A DNA stretch of 41,611 nt from a virus, in the UHGV virus genome UHGV-0389583, one strand, 5' to 3'. Each line of letters begins with the position of its first letter. Within the stretch, counting starts at the first letter, position 1. Below, in pieces: positions 9,131-18,896 of this stretch. The notes beneath the pieces were generated by a model. It had not been told where the DNA came from, did no database searches, and saw only the letters and a list, made by a program, of their open reading frames with translations. A program made the position numbers and the translations under genes.

Positions 9131-9141
9131 AGGAGAATCAA

Positions 9142-9918
9142 ATGAACAATTTAACAGTATTTGAACAAAACGGTCAGCTACTCACCGACAGTAGAGAAGT
9201 AGCAATGATGGTGCAGATGAACCATTCAGATTTAATAAGAAAAATCAAAGGGTACATGAAACATCTTAACGAAAGCAATTTTGCTTTGGTTGATTTCTTC
9301 ATCGAATCAGCTTACACGGATTCAAAGGGAGAAGTAAGACCATGTTACCTCTGCACAAAGAAAGGATGCGACATGATCGCCAACAAAATGACCGGAAAGA
9401 AAGGTGTCATTTTCACAGCTACATATATTGAAGCATTCGAGAAGATGAAAGATTTCATCGAAAAGGGAACACAGTACGTTGGCATTCCATTAAAAGAACA
9501 GGTGGAATCACTGGAAGTGGTAGCAAGCATGTTAAGAATGAACGATGCAAGCAAGTTGCTGATGCTGAAAGGGTTCTATGATTCTTACCATATTCCGACA
9601 GGATTCTTACCGAATTATGAGTTCAACGGCAATAGGGAAATGAAGTCACTCACAGCACTACTGAAAGAAAATAATCTCGGAATCAGTGCAGTGCAGTTCA
9701 ATAAGAAGCTTCTATCTGCCGGAATCTTGGAAGAAAAGGAACGCAAGTCCAGTAAGGGAATGGTGAAGAAGTTCAAATCACTGACGGAGAAAGGTTTGAA
9801 ATACGGCGAGAATGCAGTCAGTCCTCATAATCAGAAAGAAGTGCAGCCGTTGTATTACAGTGACACGTTTAATGAACTGTTTGATATGGTGATGACTGCT
9901 GACTTATCGGAATGGTAG
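9142..9918 (+). CDS. Phage regulatory protein, Rha-type antirepressor (N-terminal Rha domain plus C-terminal domain)
   Basis: N-terminus LTDSREVAMMVQMNHSDLIRKI resembles the Rha family signature; 258 aa. Confidence 0.55.
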   Translation: MNNLTVFEQNGQLLTDSREVAMMVQMNHSDLIRKIKGYMKHLNESNFALVDFFIESAYTDSKGEVRPCYLCTKKGCDMIANKMTGKKGVIFTATYIEAFEKMKDFIEKGTQYVGIPLKEQVESLEVVASMLRMNDASKLLMLKGFYDSYHIPTGFLPNYEFNGNREMKSLTALLKENNLGISAVQFNKKLLSAGILEEKERKSSKGMVKKFKSLTEKGLKYGENAVSPHNQKEVQPLYYSDTFNELFDMVMTADLSEW

Positions 9919-9950
9919 AGGGCAGAGTAGTAGGAAATGTGGTGATAAAA

Positions 9951-10157
9951 ATGGGAGCTACAAAGAGTTTAGCAAGGTATGTGCAAGAGAACTCAGTCAA
10001 TCTTTCGGCAATGTCAAGAGAAACTGGTATTCCGTACATGGCGTTGTATGACAGCCTTGCAAATAAAAAAAGAGCTCGTCTGCTATCGTTTGATGAAGCA
10101 CTTGTTATATGCAGATTTCTTGGAGTAAACCCGATGGATTTTGCGGAGGAAAAGTGA
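9951..10157 (+). CDS. Small HTH-type DNA-binding protein
   Basis: 68 aa from MGATKSLARY; helix-turn-helix-like segment SAMSRETGIPYMALYDSL; start uncertain. Confidence 0.4.
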   Translation: MGATKSLARYVQENSVNLSAMSRETGIPYMALYDSLANKKRARLLSFDEALVICRFLGVNPMDFAEEK

Positions 10158-10329
10158 AAAATGAAGATAGGCGTAGATACAGAAAACAGAGAAGAATATT
10201 TATTAAAAATTCTAAAAGAAGATATTCCGGTCAAGGAGATGGAAGAGCGTATTTTTAAAGAAATTGGAGAAAGACCTATTATAGATATGAACTGTGGGAT
10301 GGAACCAGGAGTTTCAGGAAAGCCAGAAT

Positions 10330-11100
10330 CTACTTTATAGATTCTGACAAACCGAAAATATTTGAAATTTCGATTAATGCGCTACGACATTCTGCAGCGG
10401 AAATGGATATCCATTCCAGTAAAGCATCCGACAAAGAACTTGTATCACTTATATTGCAGAGAAGTGGAACAGCACTCCAAGTATTCGGATGCGATTGAAA
10501 AATAGGAAGCAATCGGTTAGCTATATACGAATTCATATCTCGCAGATATGGATCAGAATCTAATTTTTTTGCAAGCTGTGTTTTTGGTGTTTTACAAAGC
10601 TGCGATATTTCAAATGGAATTGCTTTTTGCACATCATTTTCAACATAAGTTTTAAAACAAGGATAGTACAATTGTCCGTCTGCAGTCATTAGGTTAATGG
10701 CGGTATTTTGCCAATATTCGGAAAGTTTTGGTAAAAAATAGTATGACGAAAGTTCACAAATGGACTCTTCAAGCCATCGTAAATTCTGTTGTACTTTTCC
10801 ATGAATGACTGTGTGACACATTTCATGAGCAAGCTGATATGCAAGTCGTGACCACGAGGATGGATTTGAGTTCAAGATAATCAAATCTGACTCTTTAAAA
10901 CAAGCGGGGCATTCCCGTTCCTTCTGAATAGTTATTGTGGTTGAAACGCTTTGTATAGGGAGAACTTCGTTCATTACTCGAAGAAGCGTATCTATTACAA
11001 GCAACATATTTTCATCTGCTGTATCCGATTTACCGCAATTGAAATGAATTTGAGGAAAAGAATTAATAGAAATAAGCTTTCCCATTTTAAAAACCTCCAC
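10330..11100 (-). CDS. HExxH zinc-metallopeptidase-like protein (256 aa), reverse-strand moron inside the early region
   Basis: AHEMCHTV HExxH motif; this is the only minus-strand gene in this block; a perfect inverted-repeat operator lies 15 nt upstream of its start. Confidence 0.5.
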   Translation of the reverse strand: MEVFKMGKLISINSFPQIHFNCGKSDTADENMLLVIDTLLRVMNEVLPIQSVSTTITIQKERECPACFKESDLIILNSNPSSWSRLAYQLAHEMCHTVIHGKVQQNLRWLEESICELSSYYFLPKLSEYWQNTAINLMTADGQLYYPCFKTYVENDVQKAIPFEISQLCKTPKTQLAKKLDSDPYLRDMNSYIANRLLPIFQSHPNTWSAVPLLCNISDTSSLSDALLEWISISAAECRSALIEISNIFGLSESIK

Positions 11101-11114
11101 ATTAAATGATTATG

Positions 11115-11145
11115 AAAATATTTTAACATGAAGTTAAAATATTTT
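11115..11145. promoter_or_regulatory. Perfect 13-bp inverted repeat (aaaatattttaac-atgaa-gttaaaatatttt): candidate operator in the divergent promoter region
   Basis: Exact reverse-complement arms at 11115..11127 and 11133..11145. Confidence 0.5.
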
Positions 11146-11188
11146 CAAGTTTCAAAGGGAAACAAACCGATTTTAGAAAGGAGAAAAA

Positions 11189-11416
11189 ATGAAAACAAGA
11201 AAAGATTTTTTAACAGATGAACAGGTAGAACAGGAAATTGAAAGATTGAATCAATCTGATGCCGCACAGCTTTTTATATAGGAACAGCGCATTAAATATA
11301 AGAGGAGACAGTACCTGTATCAACTCAGATGCCATGAGAAGAGAGGAAAGCAGTTAATCCGTGACGGAGTGAAGATGGAACAGCTTGAGTTGATGGAAAA
11401 GGAGATGGAAGAGTGA
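11189..11416 (+). CDS. Small ORF interrupted by an in-frame TAG at 11279..11281. N-part MKTRKDFLTDEQVEQEIERLNQSDAAQLFI; C-part EQRIKYKRRQYLYQLRCHEKRGKQLIRDGVKMEQLELMEKEMEE has no start of its own
   Basis: Same frame across the TAG; RBS aaaggagaaaaaatg upstream; downstream part lacks ATG/RBS. Confidence 0.3.
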
Positions 11417-11533
11417 TGTTGGAAGTACTTGGAAGTATCGCTACTATTGCAGCAACAATAGTACAAGCTGTAAGCGTAGTGCGTCTTATGAAGATTGAAA
11501 AGGAACTGAATAAAATGTACAAAAGGAGATCAA

Positions 11534-12295
11534 ATGAACGAATTAAAAGTAATTGAAAATGAACTTGTCCCAGTATACGAGACAAGTACAGGAGAAAAAG
11601 TAGTATACGGTTCAGAACTGCATGAGGTTCTTGGAGTTAAAAGCAGATTTAACGATTGGGTTAAAAATAGACTTGGAGACGTAGATGCTTGCGAGAAAGA
11701 AGATTTTGATACGCTTACTAAAAATTTAGTAAACGGCGGAACGCAGAAGGAATACATAATCAAACTGGATACTGCCAAAGAAATGGCAATGCTTGAGCGG
11801 AACGAAAAAGGAAAGCAAGTACGCAGATATTTCATTCGGGTAGAAAAGAAATACAAAGCGGCATCTCTTGCCACACAAGAACTCTCACCGCAGTTACAGG
11901 TCATGATCAACTTGGAAATCGAGCAGAAGCGTCAGGCAGAGAAGCTTGAGCACGTGGAAGAACGGATTGAAAGCATCCGTGAGGTTGTTACAATCGATAC
12001 AACATCACGGAGAGAAGATACCGGAAGAATCTTGAGAAAAATTGGTATGGAGTGCGGAGACAGCAAGTCTTATCAAGATGTAAGAGGGGAATCCTATCAG
12101 TTGTTAGAAAAACGCATGGGAGTGAATGTGAAGCAGAGACTCACAAACAAGCGTAGGAGAATGGCAGATGAGGGTGTTTGCAAATCTAGAAGAGACAAAT
12201 TGAATTATCTTGATGTGATTGCTGATGATAAGAAACTGATTGAGGGATATACGGCTATTGTAAAAGAACTGGCTATTAAGTATGGAGTTGCATAG
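11534..12295 (+). CDS. Antirepressor, AntA/AntB family
   Basis: ELHEVLGVKSRFNDWVKNRL matches the AntA-domain signature; 253 aa; RBS aaaaggagat. Confidence 0.6.
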   Translation: MNELKVIENELVPVYETSTGEKVVYGSELHEVLGVKSRFNDWVKNRLGDVDACEKEDFDTLTKNLVNGGTQKEYIIKLDTAKEMAMLERNEKGKQVRRYFIRVEKKYKAASLATQELSPQLQVMINLEIEQKRQAEKLEHVEERIESIREVVTIDTTSRREDTGRILRKIGMECGDSKSYQDVRGESYQLLEKRMGVNVKQRLTNKRRRMADEGVCKSRRDKLNYLDVIADDKKLIEGYTAIVKELAIKYGVA

Positions 12296-12316
12296 AAGAA
12301 AAGGAGGAAGAAGAGA

Positions 12317-12679
12317 ATGTGTTGGAGTGGCAGTCCGGGGACACCGGGAGTGGATTCCGTTCAAGAAGCAGAAAAACGTACAGGAAAGATGTTTAATGCT
12401 CAATCGCAGAGGATGGATCGAATTGAGTTTAATTCGTTAAAAACAGAAGTAGAAGAACTTAAAACAGAAGTAGAGAGCTTAAAATGCAAGACCCTCTGCC
12501 TGCTTGTAACATTTGTTGTCTTTGTGATTTTTGCTTCATTTTCAGTTGTGAATATATCAAGACAGTACTCAACTATTCATGACTATTACATGGATTCTCG
12601 GAGTACTGATCAGGAGATAAGTCAATCTCTGAAAGAACTGATTCCGAAGATAGAAGTACTTCAGTCAGAATTTAAATAA
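12317..12679 (+). CDS. Hypothetical coiled-coil protein with one TM helix
   Basis: RBS aaggagg; TM segment LCLLVTFVVFVIFASFSVV. Confidence 0.4.
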   Translation: MCWSGSPGTPGVDSVQEAEKRTGKMFNAQSQRMDRIEFNSLKTEVEELKTEVESLKCKTLCLLVTFVVFVIFASFSVVNISRQYSTIHDYYMDSRSTDQEISQSLKELIPKIEVLQSEFK

Positions 12680-12693
12680 GGAGGAAAAAGACA

Positions 12694-13089
12694 ATGTTTA
12701 GCAACGTAAAAATCGACAATGGATTATTTTTAGACGGAAAGAAGCTCAACTGCGTGAAATCATACAGATTAGAGGAGAAAGAGGGAGATTGCGTCGCTGA
12801 TCTTACAGTAAATATGGATGTCCAGATTTTTGACGGCATCATTAAGACACCAGGTATTGTAGCCGGCAGTATTAAAGCTGAAAAACTGTCTGGATTGAGA
12901 TTGTCAGACTTGGCAAATTTAATTGCCGACGATGTACTCGTGAAAGTTGTATATCAAAAAGAAATGGGTACGGCAGTAAATATATATGAACCTGGAAGCA
13001 TTTCCGGAGAAGACCCAAAATTTTTGGAAAAACCTGTGAAAACAATAAGAACCCTTATTGACACGCTGGTTATAGAATTGGAGGACTAA
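12694..13089 (+). CDS. Hypothetical protein (131 aa)
   Basis: RBS aaggaggaaaaag; no family recognised. Confidence 0.45.
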   Translation: MFSNVKIDNGLFLDGKKLNCVKSYRLEEKEGDCVADLTVNMDVQIFDGIIKTPGIVAGSIKAEKLSGLRLSDLANLIADDVLVKVVYQKEMGTAVNIYEPGSISGEDPKFLEKPVKTIRTLIDTLVIELED

Positions 13090-13278
13090 CATGGAAATTG
13101 TAATAGCAAGCGTTATCTGCTCGATCATAACATCAATCGTTACAAGTCTTGTAGTGACACGGGAATCTATGAGCATTATCCAAAAAGCTGTTGATCATTT
13201 ACTTGATGTCAACATGGACTTTGTTACCTAGGTGGCAGACTTGATAATTGATAGGTTTGGAACTAAGCGCAAATAGGA

Positions 13279-13470
13279 TTGAATGGACAACATATCTCGG
13301 ACAATCCATCCGTCATACATATTAGAGAGGTGGTGCAAGTGACTATAAAAAACATCGTAGTAATTAACGGTAAAGAGGTGGAGATCAGAGACCTGCCGGA
13401 CGCTGAACTGTTTGCAGAAAAGCTAAACCGGAAAGTTCTGACCGAAAGAAACTATGAGGAAGATAGGTGA
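13279..13470 (+). CDS. Hypothetical small protein
   Basis: ORF only; start uncertain (possible internal GTG after agagagg). Confidence 0.3.
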   Translation: MNGQHISDNPSVIHIREVVQVTIKNIVVINGKEVEIRDLPDAELFAEKLNRKVLTERNYEEDR

Positions 13471-13610
13471 TGACATGAAACCAGATATGGAAAAAATCAT
13501 ACAAGTGTTGATATCTCTTATCGAAGAACAGGAACATGTGAAAATTGATTACACACTCGAAAAGAGGACAGAAGAGGAAACCGCCTAGGCGGTAGAAGGG
13601 AGGACAAGCT

Positions 13611-13796
13611 GTGAAAAGGCTGACAATCAATCATATTGAGAAATTCATCCAGACGCTGGAATCCACAGAAAGGGTTGGTTGGTATTCTGAGGAGCAAAAG
13701 TTGCACGCAATCGCCTGTTTAAACAATTACTGCAGGGAACTGGAGTATCAAGGAAGAAAATCCGTGAAATTAAAGGAGGAAGAACATGGAAATTAA
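13611..13796 (+). CDS. Hypothetical small protein (GTG start)
   Basis: RBS gaagggagg upstream of GTG. Confidence 0.35.
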   Translation: MKRLTINHIEKFIQTLESTERVGWYSEEQKLHAIACLNNYCRELEYQGRKSVKLKEEEHGN

Positions 13797-13974
13797 AGGA
13801 ACCTACCACTGCCAGACCACTCAGCAACCCAACACTTTAAATAGCTGGGATATCCGGTCAGTATCGGTAGATCTGCCGGAAGAAGAGGACAAGCCTTATT
13901 GGATCAGAGCTGGTGCGATGGTGATCGGGTTTATCTTGGTGCTACTGGCGTGGTATCTGGTGTTTGGGTATTAA
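13786..13974 (+). CDS. Hypothetical small membrane protein
   Basis: C-terminal TM helix MVIGFILVLLAWYLVFGY; RBS aaaggagg. Confidence 0.35.
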   Translation: MEIKGTYHCQTTQQPNTLNSWDIRSVSVDLPEEEDKPYWIRAGAMVIGFILVLLAWYLVFGY

Positions 13975-14061
13975 AAATGAGCACCTACAAAAAGGCTGGG
14001 GAGCCGTAGGTACTCTGACAAAAAATCAAGAATATAGTAACAGATTTTAGGAGGATAAGCA

Positions 14062-14328
14062 ATGGATAGAGAAAAAATACATAAACTTTTAGACTTAATT
14101 CTTGAGATTCAAGAGCGTGGAGAAGGTAGGAATGGGTATCCGTACGTAAACATTGAATTTTCGAACTACGGTAGCAGAATATTTTTAACCGCACAAGAAA
14201 ACGGATTTGTTACTGATGGAGATTACGATTTGTTTGACGGTATTGCAACAGATAAGCAACTAGATGATGCAATTATTTTAGTTGGGGTATTGCTGGAAAT
14301 GGCAGTGGACAAGACGGAGGACGAATGA
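14062..14328 (+). CDS. Hypothetical protein (88 aa)
   Basis: RBS ttaggagga. Confidence 0.4.
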   Translation: MDREKIHKLLDLILEIQERGEGRNGYPYVNIEFSNYGSRIFLTAQENGFVTDGDYDLFDGIATDKQLDDAIILVGVLLEMAVDKTEDE

Positions 14329-14540
14329 TGTATGTAGGTATCGGACCAGAGAAAGGAAAGAAAGTGCATGACGAAGATGCCTTTTCTTACGCCTGCGAAC
14401 GAATAAACAATGGTACGGAAAGAGAACAGGAAACATTTATGCAGATCATGAAAGAAGCTGAGAGTTTTTACATGGCGGTGGTCACAGTTGTGCTGTGGTA
14501 TTTTTCCGGAAATTGGGTGTACGAGGAGGTGGCTCTATGA
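14325..14540 (+). CDS. Hypothetical protein (71 aa)
   Basis: Start overlaps the previous stop (ATGA). Confidence 0.35.
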   Translation: MMYVGIGPEKGKKVHDEDAFSYACERINNGTEREQETFMQIMKEAESFYMAVVTVVLWYFSGNWVYEEVAL

Positions 14541-14698
14541 TTACGATGCAGCAGCGCAAGGAGAGAATTGAAGATCTATTGGATGAGCGTCTCGGGATGA
14601 TTGAGAATGGGGAGGTGAATACATATTACCAGACAAGGGATATAGCAAATCTGACGCAGGCACTTTTAAATATTACAAGGATCATGAAGGAGGAATGA
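14537..14698 (+). CDS. Hypothetical protein (53 aa from MITMQQRKE...)
   Basis: RBS gaggaggtg; ATGA overlap with the previous gene. Confidence 0.4.
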   Translation: MITMQQRKERIEDLLDERLGMIENGEVNTYYQTRDIANLTQALLNITRIMKEE

Positions 14699-14700
14699 AT

Positions 14701-15426
14701 ATGAATATATATCAAAAAATGAGTGCAATTACAGCAGAAATCACAGCTGTTGCGAAAAATCTGAATGTAGGTTGGGGGCAAAATTCTTACAAGGCCGTAG
14801 GCGAAGCAGATGTTCTGGCCGCTGTAAAACCAATCGAAGAAAAACACGGTGTTTACAGTTATCCTGTCAACCGACATATTATGGACACATCCGTTTTAAC
14901 TTCAGTCAATTCAAAGGGCAACGAAGTTAGACAGTTATTTATGAGAATCGAAACTACATATAGATTCGTTAATGCTGAAATGCCAGAAGAGTACATTGAC
15001 ATCAAAACGTATGGTGATGGAGTAGATTCACAGGATAAGGCACCGGGGAAAGCGATGACATATGCGGATAAATACGCATTGTTGAAAGCTTATAAGATTA
15101 TCACTGGTGATGATCCAGATCAGGAATGCAGCAAAGAACTGAAAGGAAAAGCAGCCAAACCTGCAAAATCATGTAAATCAGAAGCGACAGTAAGGCAATT
15201 AGAATCAAAAGAGTCCGGCGAGCAGTCAAAAAACACGAGTAATGAGCTATTAAGCAGCGCAGAACGCTCTGCTATTGAGAGTCGATGTAAGGAAGATGGG
15301 GTTGATGCAGATAAGTTATTATCTTTGTACAGCCTTAGCTCATTCGAAGGAATGAAATATAAACATTACGATAATATTTTGAAAAACTGGGAAAAAGTAA
15401 AAGAAAAATGCGGAGGTGCAAAATAA
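14701..15426 (+). CDS. Single-strand annealing protein (Erf/Sak/Rad52-like recombinase)
   Basis: N-terminus NIYQKMSAITAEITAVAKNL...SYKAVGEADVLAAVKPIEEKHGV resembles ERF/Sak family N-termini; it lies immediately upstream of SSB. Confidence 0.5.
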   Translation: MNIYQKMSAITAEITAVAKNLNVGWGQNSYKAVGEADVLAAVKPIEEKHGVYSYPVNRHIMDTSVLTSVNSKGNEVRQLFMRIETTYRFVNAEMPEEYIDIKTYGDGVDSQDKAPGKAMTYADKYALLKAYKIITGDDPDQECSKELKGKAAKPAKSCKSEATVRQLESKESGEQSKNTSNELLSSAERSAIESRCKEDGVDADKLLSLYSLSSFEGMKYKHYDNILKNWEKVKEKCGGAK

Positions 15427-15839
15427 TGAACAGCGTAAATTTAACAGGTAGATTAACCAGAGATCCAGAAATCAGATATACAGATGCAGGGCTTTCGATT
15501 GCAAGATTTTCCATTGCTGTAGACAGGAGATTTTATAAGGACGGTGAGCAATCAGCGGATTTTATAAACATCGTATCATTCGGAAAAACAGCAGAATTCA
15601 TTGAAAAGTGGTTTAAGAAAGGGACGAAAATTGAAGTATCCGGAAGAATTCAGACAGGATCATATGCAAACAATGACGGGGTAAAGGTTTATACAACAGA
15701 CGTTGTTGCGGAGCAAGTCGGTTTCGCAGAGAGTAAGAACTCGCAAAATTCAGGAGCTAACAGAGTATCAGAATCACATGATGATGGGTTCGTAAATATT
15801 CCGGACGGAGTAATCGACGAAGAAATGCCGTTTAATTAG
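15426..15839 (+). CDS. ssb: Single-stranded DNA-binding protein
   Basis: OB-fold motifs LTGRLTRDPEIRYT...FINIVSFGKTAEF and an acidic C-terminal tail DEEMPFN. Confidence 0.85.
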   Translation: MNSVNLTGRLTRDPEIRYTDAGLSIARFSIAVDRRFYKDGEQSADFINIVSFGKTAEFIEKWFKKGTKIEVSGRIQTGSYANNDGVKVYTTDVVAEQVGFAESKNSQNSGANRVSESHDDGFVNIPDGVIDEEMPFN

Positions 15840-15850
15840 GAGTGATTTTA

Positions 15851-16354
15851 TTGGTTATACAAATAGACAGTAGGGAAAAATCGAGAGCGATTAAAAAAAT
15901 CATAAAAACATTTGATGAGAAAGGCGTGAAGCATCCAGTATCTAAGTTAATGGTCGGAGATTATATGAACTATGACAACCCACGTCTTGTCGTTGACAGA
16001 AAACAGAATTTAACAGAGGTGTGCTGCAATGTTTGTCAAGACCACGAAAGATTCAGAAGAGAACTGGTGAAAGCAAATGAAAATGGAATTAAAATCATAT
16101 TTCTTGTTGAGCACGGAAAAGATATTGAAACTTTGGAAGATGTTATCTGGTGGGAAAATCCGAGGGGTGCGAAGCGGCAACGGAACAAAGAAACAGGGAA
16201 ATGGGAAACTGTTAAGACGAAAGCAATGACCGGAAGAACTCTGTACAAAGTCCTATGTACCATCCAGAGGAAGTATGAATGCGAATTCTTGTTTTGCGAG
16301 AAAAACGATACCGGAAAGAAGATTATTGAGTTATTGGACGAAAGACATGAATAA
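15851..16354 (+). CDS. ERCC4/XPF-type nuclease (recombination or junction-processing)
   Basis: IQIDSREK ... VGDY ... VVDRKQNLTE matches the ERCC4 VDxRE / GDY / ERK pattern; TTG start after RBS ttaggagtg. Confidence 0.5.
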   Translation: MVIQIDSREKSRAIKKIIKTFDEKGVKHPVSKLMVGDYMNYDNPRLVVDRKQNLTEVCCNVCQDHERFRRELVKANENGIKIIFLVEHGKDIETLEDVIWWENPRGAKRQRNKETGKWETVKTKAMTGRTLYKVLCTIQRKYECEFLFCEKNDTGKKIIELLDERHE

Positions 16355-16838
16355 AGAAGAGATTAAACATTCACACAGCATGAGAGAGATTGTGGAAAGA
16401 TATGGGTTCCATGTAAATCGGGCGGGGTTTATTCACTGCCCGTTCCACAAAGGAGACAAGGGAGCATCATTAAAAATCTACCCAGACAGCTTCCATTGTT
16501 TCGGATGCGGAACAAATGGAGATATCTTTACATTCGTGCAGCTAATTGATCATGTCGATTTCAAAGAAGCGTTCCAGAGTCTTGGTGGAACTTATGAAAA
16601 GCCGACATTCCAGTCGAAATTGGCGATATACAGGAGCCGGAAGAAGGCAGAACAGAGAAAGCGAGAAGAGGAAAAGCTTCGAAAAAAAAGAGAGCTGAAT
16701 AATGTTCTGATTGATGTGTACCGCGATTATATGAATAAATCAGAACCGTTCAGCGAGGTATGGTGCGATTGCTGCAATGCTCTGCAATATCAGTTGTACT
16801 TATACGAAATATTAAACGAGAAGGAGGCGAGAAAGTGA
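16348..16838 (+). CDS. DNA primase zinc-finger (CHC2) domain protein
   Basis: CPFHKGDKGASLKIY...FHCFGCGTNGDIFTF is the DnaG-type zf-CHC2 signature. Confidence 0.65.
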
Positions 16839-18694
16839 AAGAAATAAACGAATTTGATGCAGACAGCATATTGGATGATGAAGTTTTCATTGAATTATTT
16901 GAAATGGAAGATCCGATTCTCCGATCAAAAACAAAAGTGCAGCTTATCAGAAGAGCGAAACAGCTGGGCGTCAAGTCGGATTTTGAAGAGATTTTGAAAG
17001 GATACAATCAGGCTGACCGAGAAATGAAGAGACAGGAACGGGAAAACAGAACTGTTTGCACAGTAGATAACTATACGAATTTCACAGGACCTCACGATCG
17101 TATGTATTGCGGCGCCTGGATTGCGGATGATCGCGGCGTGTTCGCACAGAATTCCGGAAGGGTCGATGAAGTAGCTTGCTACCACCCGATCCTGCCAGTA
17201 GAGCGGCTGCGAAACTTGGAGACCGGGGAAGAGCAAATAAAACTGTCGTACAGGCGAAATAACCAGTGGCACGATATTGTGGTCCCCAAAACGATGATCA
17301 CATCAGCGAATAAGATCGTGGCATTATCCGGAAGAGGGATTGCAGTTACGTCAGAAAATGCAAAATTGCTAGTCAAGTATCTGGCTGACGTAGAAAATGG
17401 AAACGATGATTACATAGATGTGCAGTATTCCACTAGTAAACTTGGGTGGATTAATGATCAGTTTATCCCCTATGATACTGATATTATTTTTGATGGGGAC
17501 AATCGGTTTAAGCAGACCTTTGAAAGCGTGTCGGAGCATGGCAGTTTCGATGTGTGGTTGAATCACGTTCGAGAACTGAGGGAAACTGGAAGAATGGAGG
17601 TAAAATTCCTGTTGGCTGCATCATTCGCAAGTGTGCTGGTTTATATTCTGGGTGGACTCCCTTTCTTCGTGGATCTGTGGGGTGAAACTGAGGGCGGAAA
17701 GACAGTCTCTCTCATGGTAGCCGCATCTGTGTGGGCGAATCCAGACGAAAGCAGATATATTGGAGACTTTAAAACAACGGACGTTGCACTGGAAGCGAAA
17801 GCGGATATGCTGAATCATCTTCCGATGTTTCTGGACGATACGAGCAAAACATCCGCAAGAATCAGGGATAACTTCGAGGGAATTGTTTATGATCTGTGTT
17901 CCGGAAAAGGAAAGAGCCGGTCAAACAAAGACCTCGGAATCAATCGAGAGAATCGGTGGCGGAATGTAATGATCTGCAACGGTGAGAGACCGCTTAGCAG
18001 CTACGTCAGTCAGGGCGGTGCAATCAACAGAATTCTGGAGGTTGAGTGTGGTGAAAAGATTTATCAGGATCCGCAGAAGACAGCGGAGACGGTAAAACGG
18101 AATTACGGACATGCGGGCAAGAAGTTCGTGGAAATCATCAAAGAAATGGGAGAAGATGAAATTCGTTCTATCCAGAAAGAGTTTCAGAAGGAATTATTTA
18201 ACACGGATAAGATGCAGAAGCAGAGTATTTCACTTTCTATTGTTCTGACAGCCGATAAAATAGCCACAGATTTTATTTTTAAGGATGGGCAGTATATTTC
18301 AATGGACGAAGCGAAACAGGTGCTTATAGACCGAAATGAGCTGTCTGACAATGAGCGGTGCTATCACTTCATTCAGGACAAAGTAGCGATGAACGGTCAG
18401 AGATTTGATACAGTTACTAACTGTGAAAAATGGGGGATTCTTGAAAATGGATATGCTATTTTTTACAGTTCAGCCTTTGACCAAGTATGTAAAGACGGTG
18501 GATTTTCGAAGAAGTCTTTTCTTTCGTGGGCGGATAAAAAGGCATTGATACAAGTGCAGGCAGGACGGCAGACAAAAATAAAAAAAATAAATGGAACATC
18601 AGCGAGATGCGTCTGGTTGAAATTGGATGAAAGCATGGATTCTGACGGATTTGTAAAGGTTGAAGATGCGCAAGAAGAGCTTCCGTTTAAGTAA
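16835..18694 (+). CDS. Replication ATPase / primase-associated helicase-like protein (P-loop)
   Basis: GTG start overlapping the previous stop, with RBS aaggagg; Walker-A-like GETEGGKT; 619 aa. Confidence 0.5.
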   Translation: MKEINEFDADSILDDEVFIELFEMEDPILRSKTKVQLIRRAKQLGVKSDFEEILKGYNQADREMKRQERENRTVCTVDNYTNFTGPHDRMYCGAWIADDRGVFAQNSGRVDEVACYHPILPVERLRNLETGEEQIKLSYRRNNQWHDIVVPKTMITSANKIVALSGRGIAVTSENAKLLVKYLADVENGNDDYIDVQYSTSKLGWINDQFIPYDTDIIFDGDNRFKQTFESVSEHGSFDVWLNHVRELRETGRMEVKFLLAASFASVLVYILGGLPFFVDLWGETEGGKTVSLMVAASVWANPDESRYIGDFKTTDVALEAKADMLNHLPMFLDDTSKTSARIRDNFEGIVYDLCSGKGKSRSNKDLGINRENRWRNVMICNGERPLSSYVSQGGAINRILEVECGEKIYQDPQKTAETVKRNYGHAGKKFVEIIKEMGEDEIRSIQKEFQKELFNTDKMQKQSISLSIVLTADKIATDFIFKDGQYISMDEAKQVLIDRNELSDNERCYHFIQDKVAMNGQRFDTVTNCEKWGILENGYAIFYSSAFDQVCKDGGFSKKSFLSWADKKALIQVQAGRQTKIKKINGTSARCVWLKLDESMDSDGFVKVEDAQEELPFK

Positions 18695-18695
18695 A

Positions 18696-18896
18696 AGGTT
18701 ACCAGTTACCATGGTTACCATCGGTTTTCACTCACATATGTCTTTTATAAAAGTGGGAAATAAAACACATGAAGCACTCTATATAGGAAAAGTAGTGGTA
18801 ACTTGGTAACCATAGCTAGAAAATGCCTATAAACACAGTAAATACAAGGGTTTTAACGGTTACAAAAAAATGTAACTTTAAATTAATTTTGGTAAC
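18696..18896. repeat. Cluster of GGTTACC/GGTAACC half-site repeats in both orientations: three tandem GTTACCA at 18699..18720, two GGTAAC at 18797..18810, further copies at 18857, 18871 and 18891
   Basis: Read directly; non-coding interval between the replication module and the next gene block. Confidence 0.5.

Noticed and set aside
11189-11416. Genome-wide TAG recoding (alternative genetic code) as the explanation for the in-frame amber
   Set aside because: TAG is used as a normal terminator by the major capsid gene (30800..30802) and the G chaperone (34917..34919); the only tRNA present is a standard tRNA-Asn, not a suppressor.
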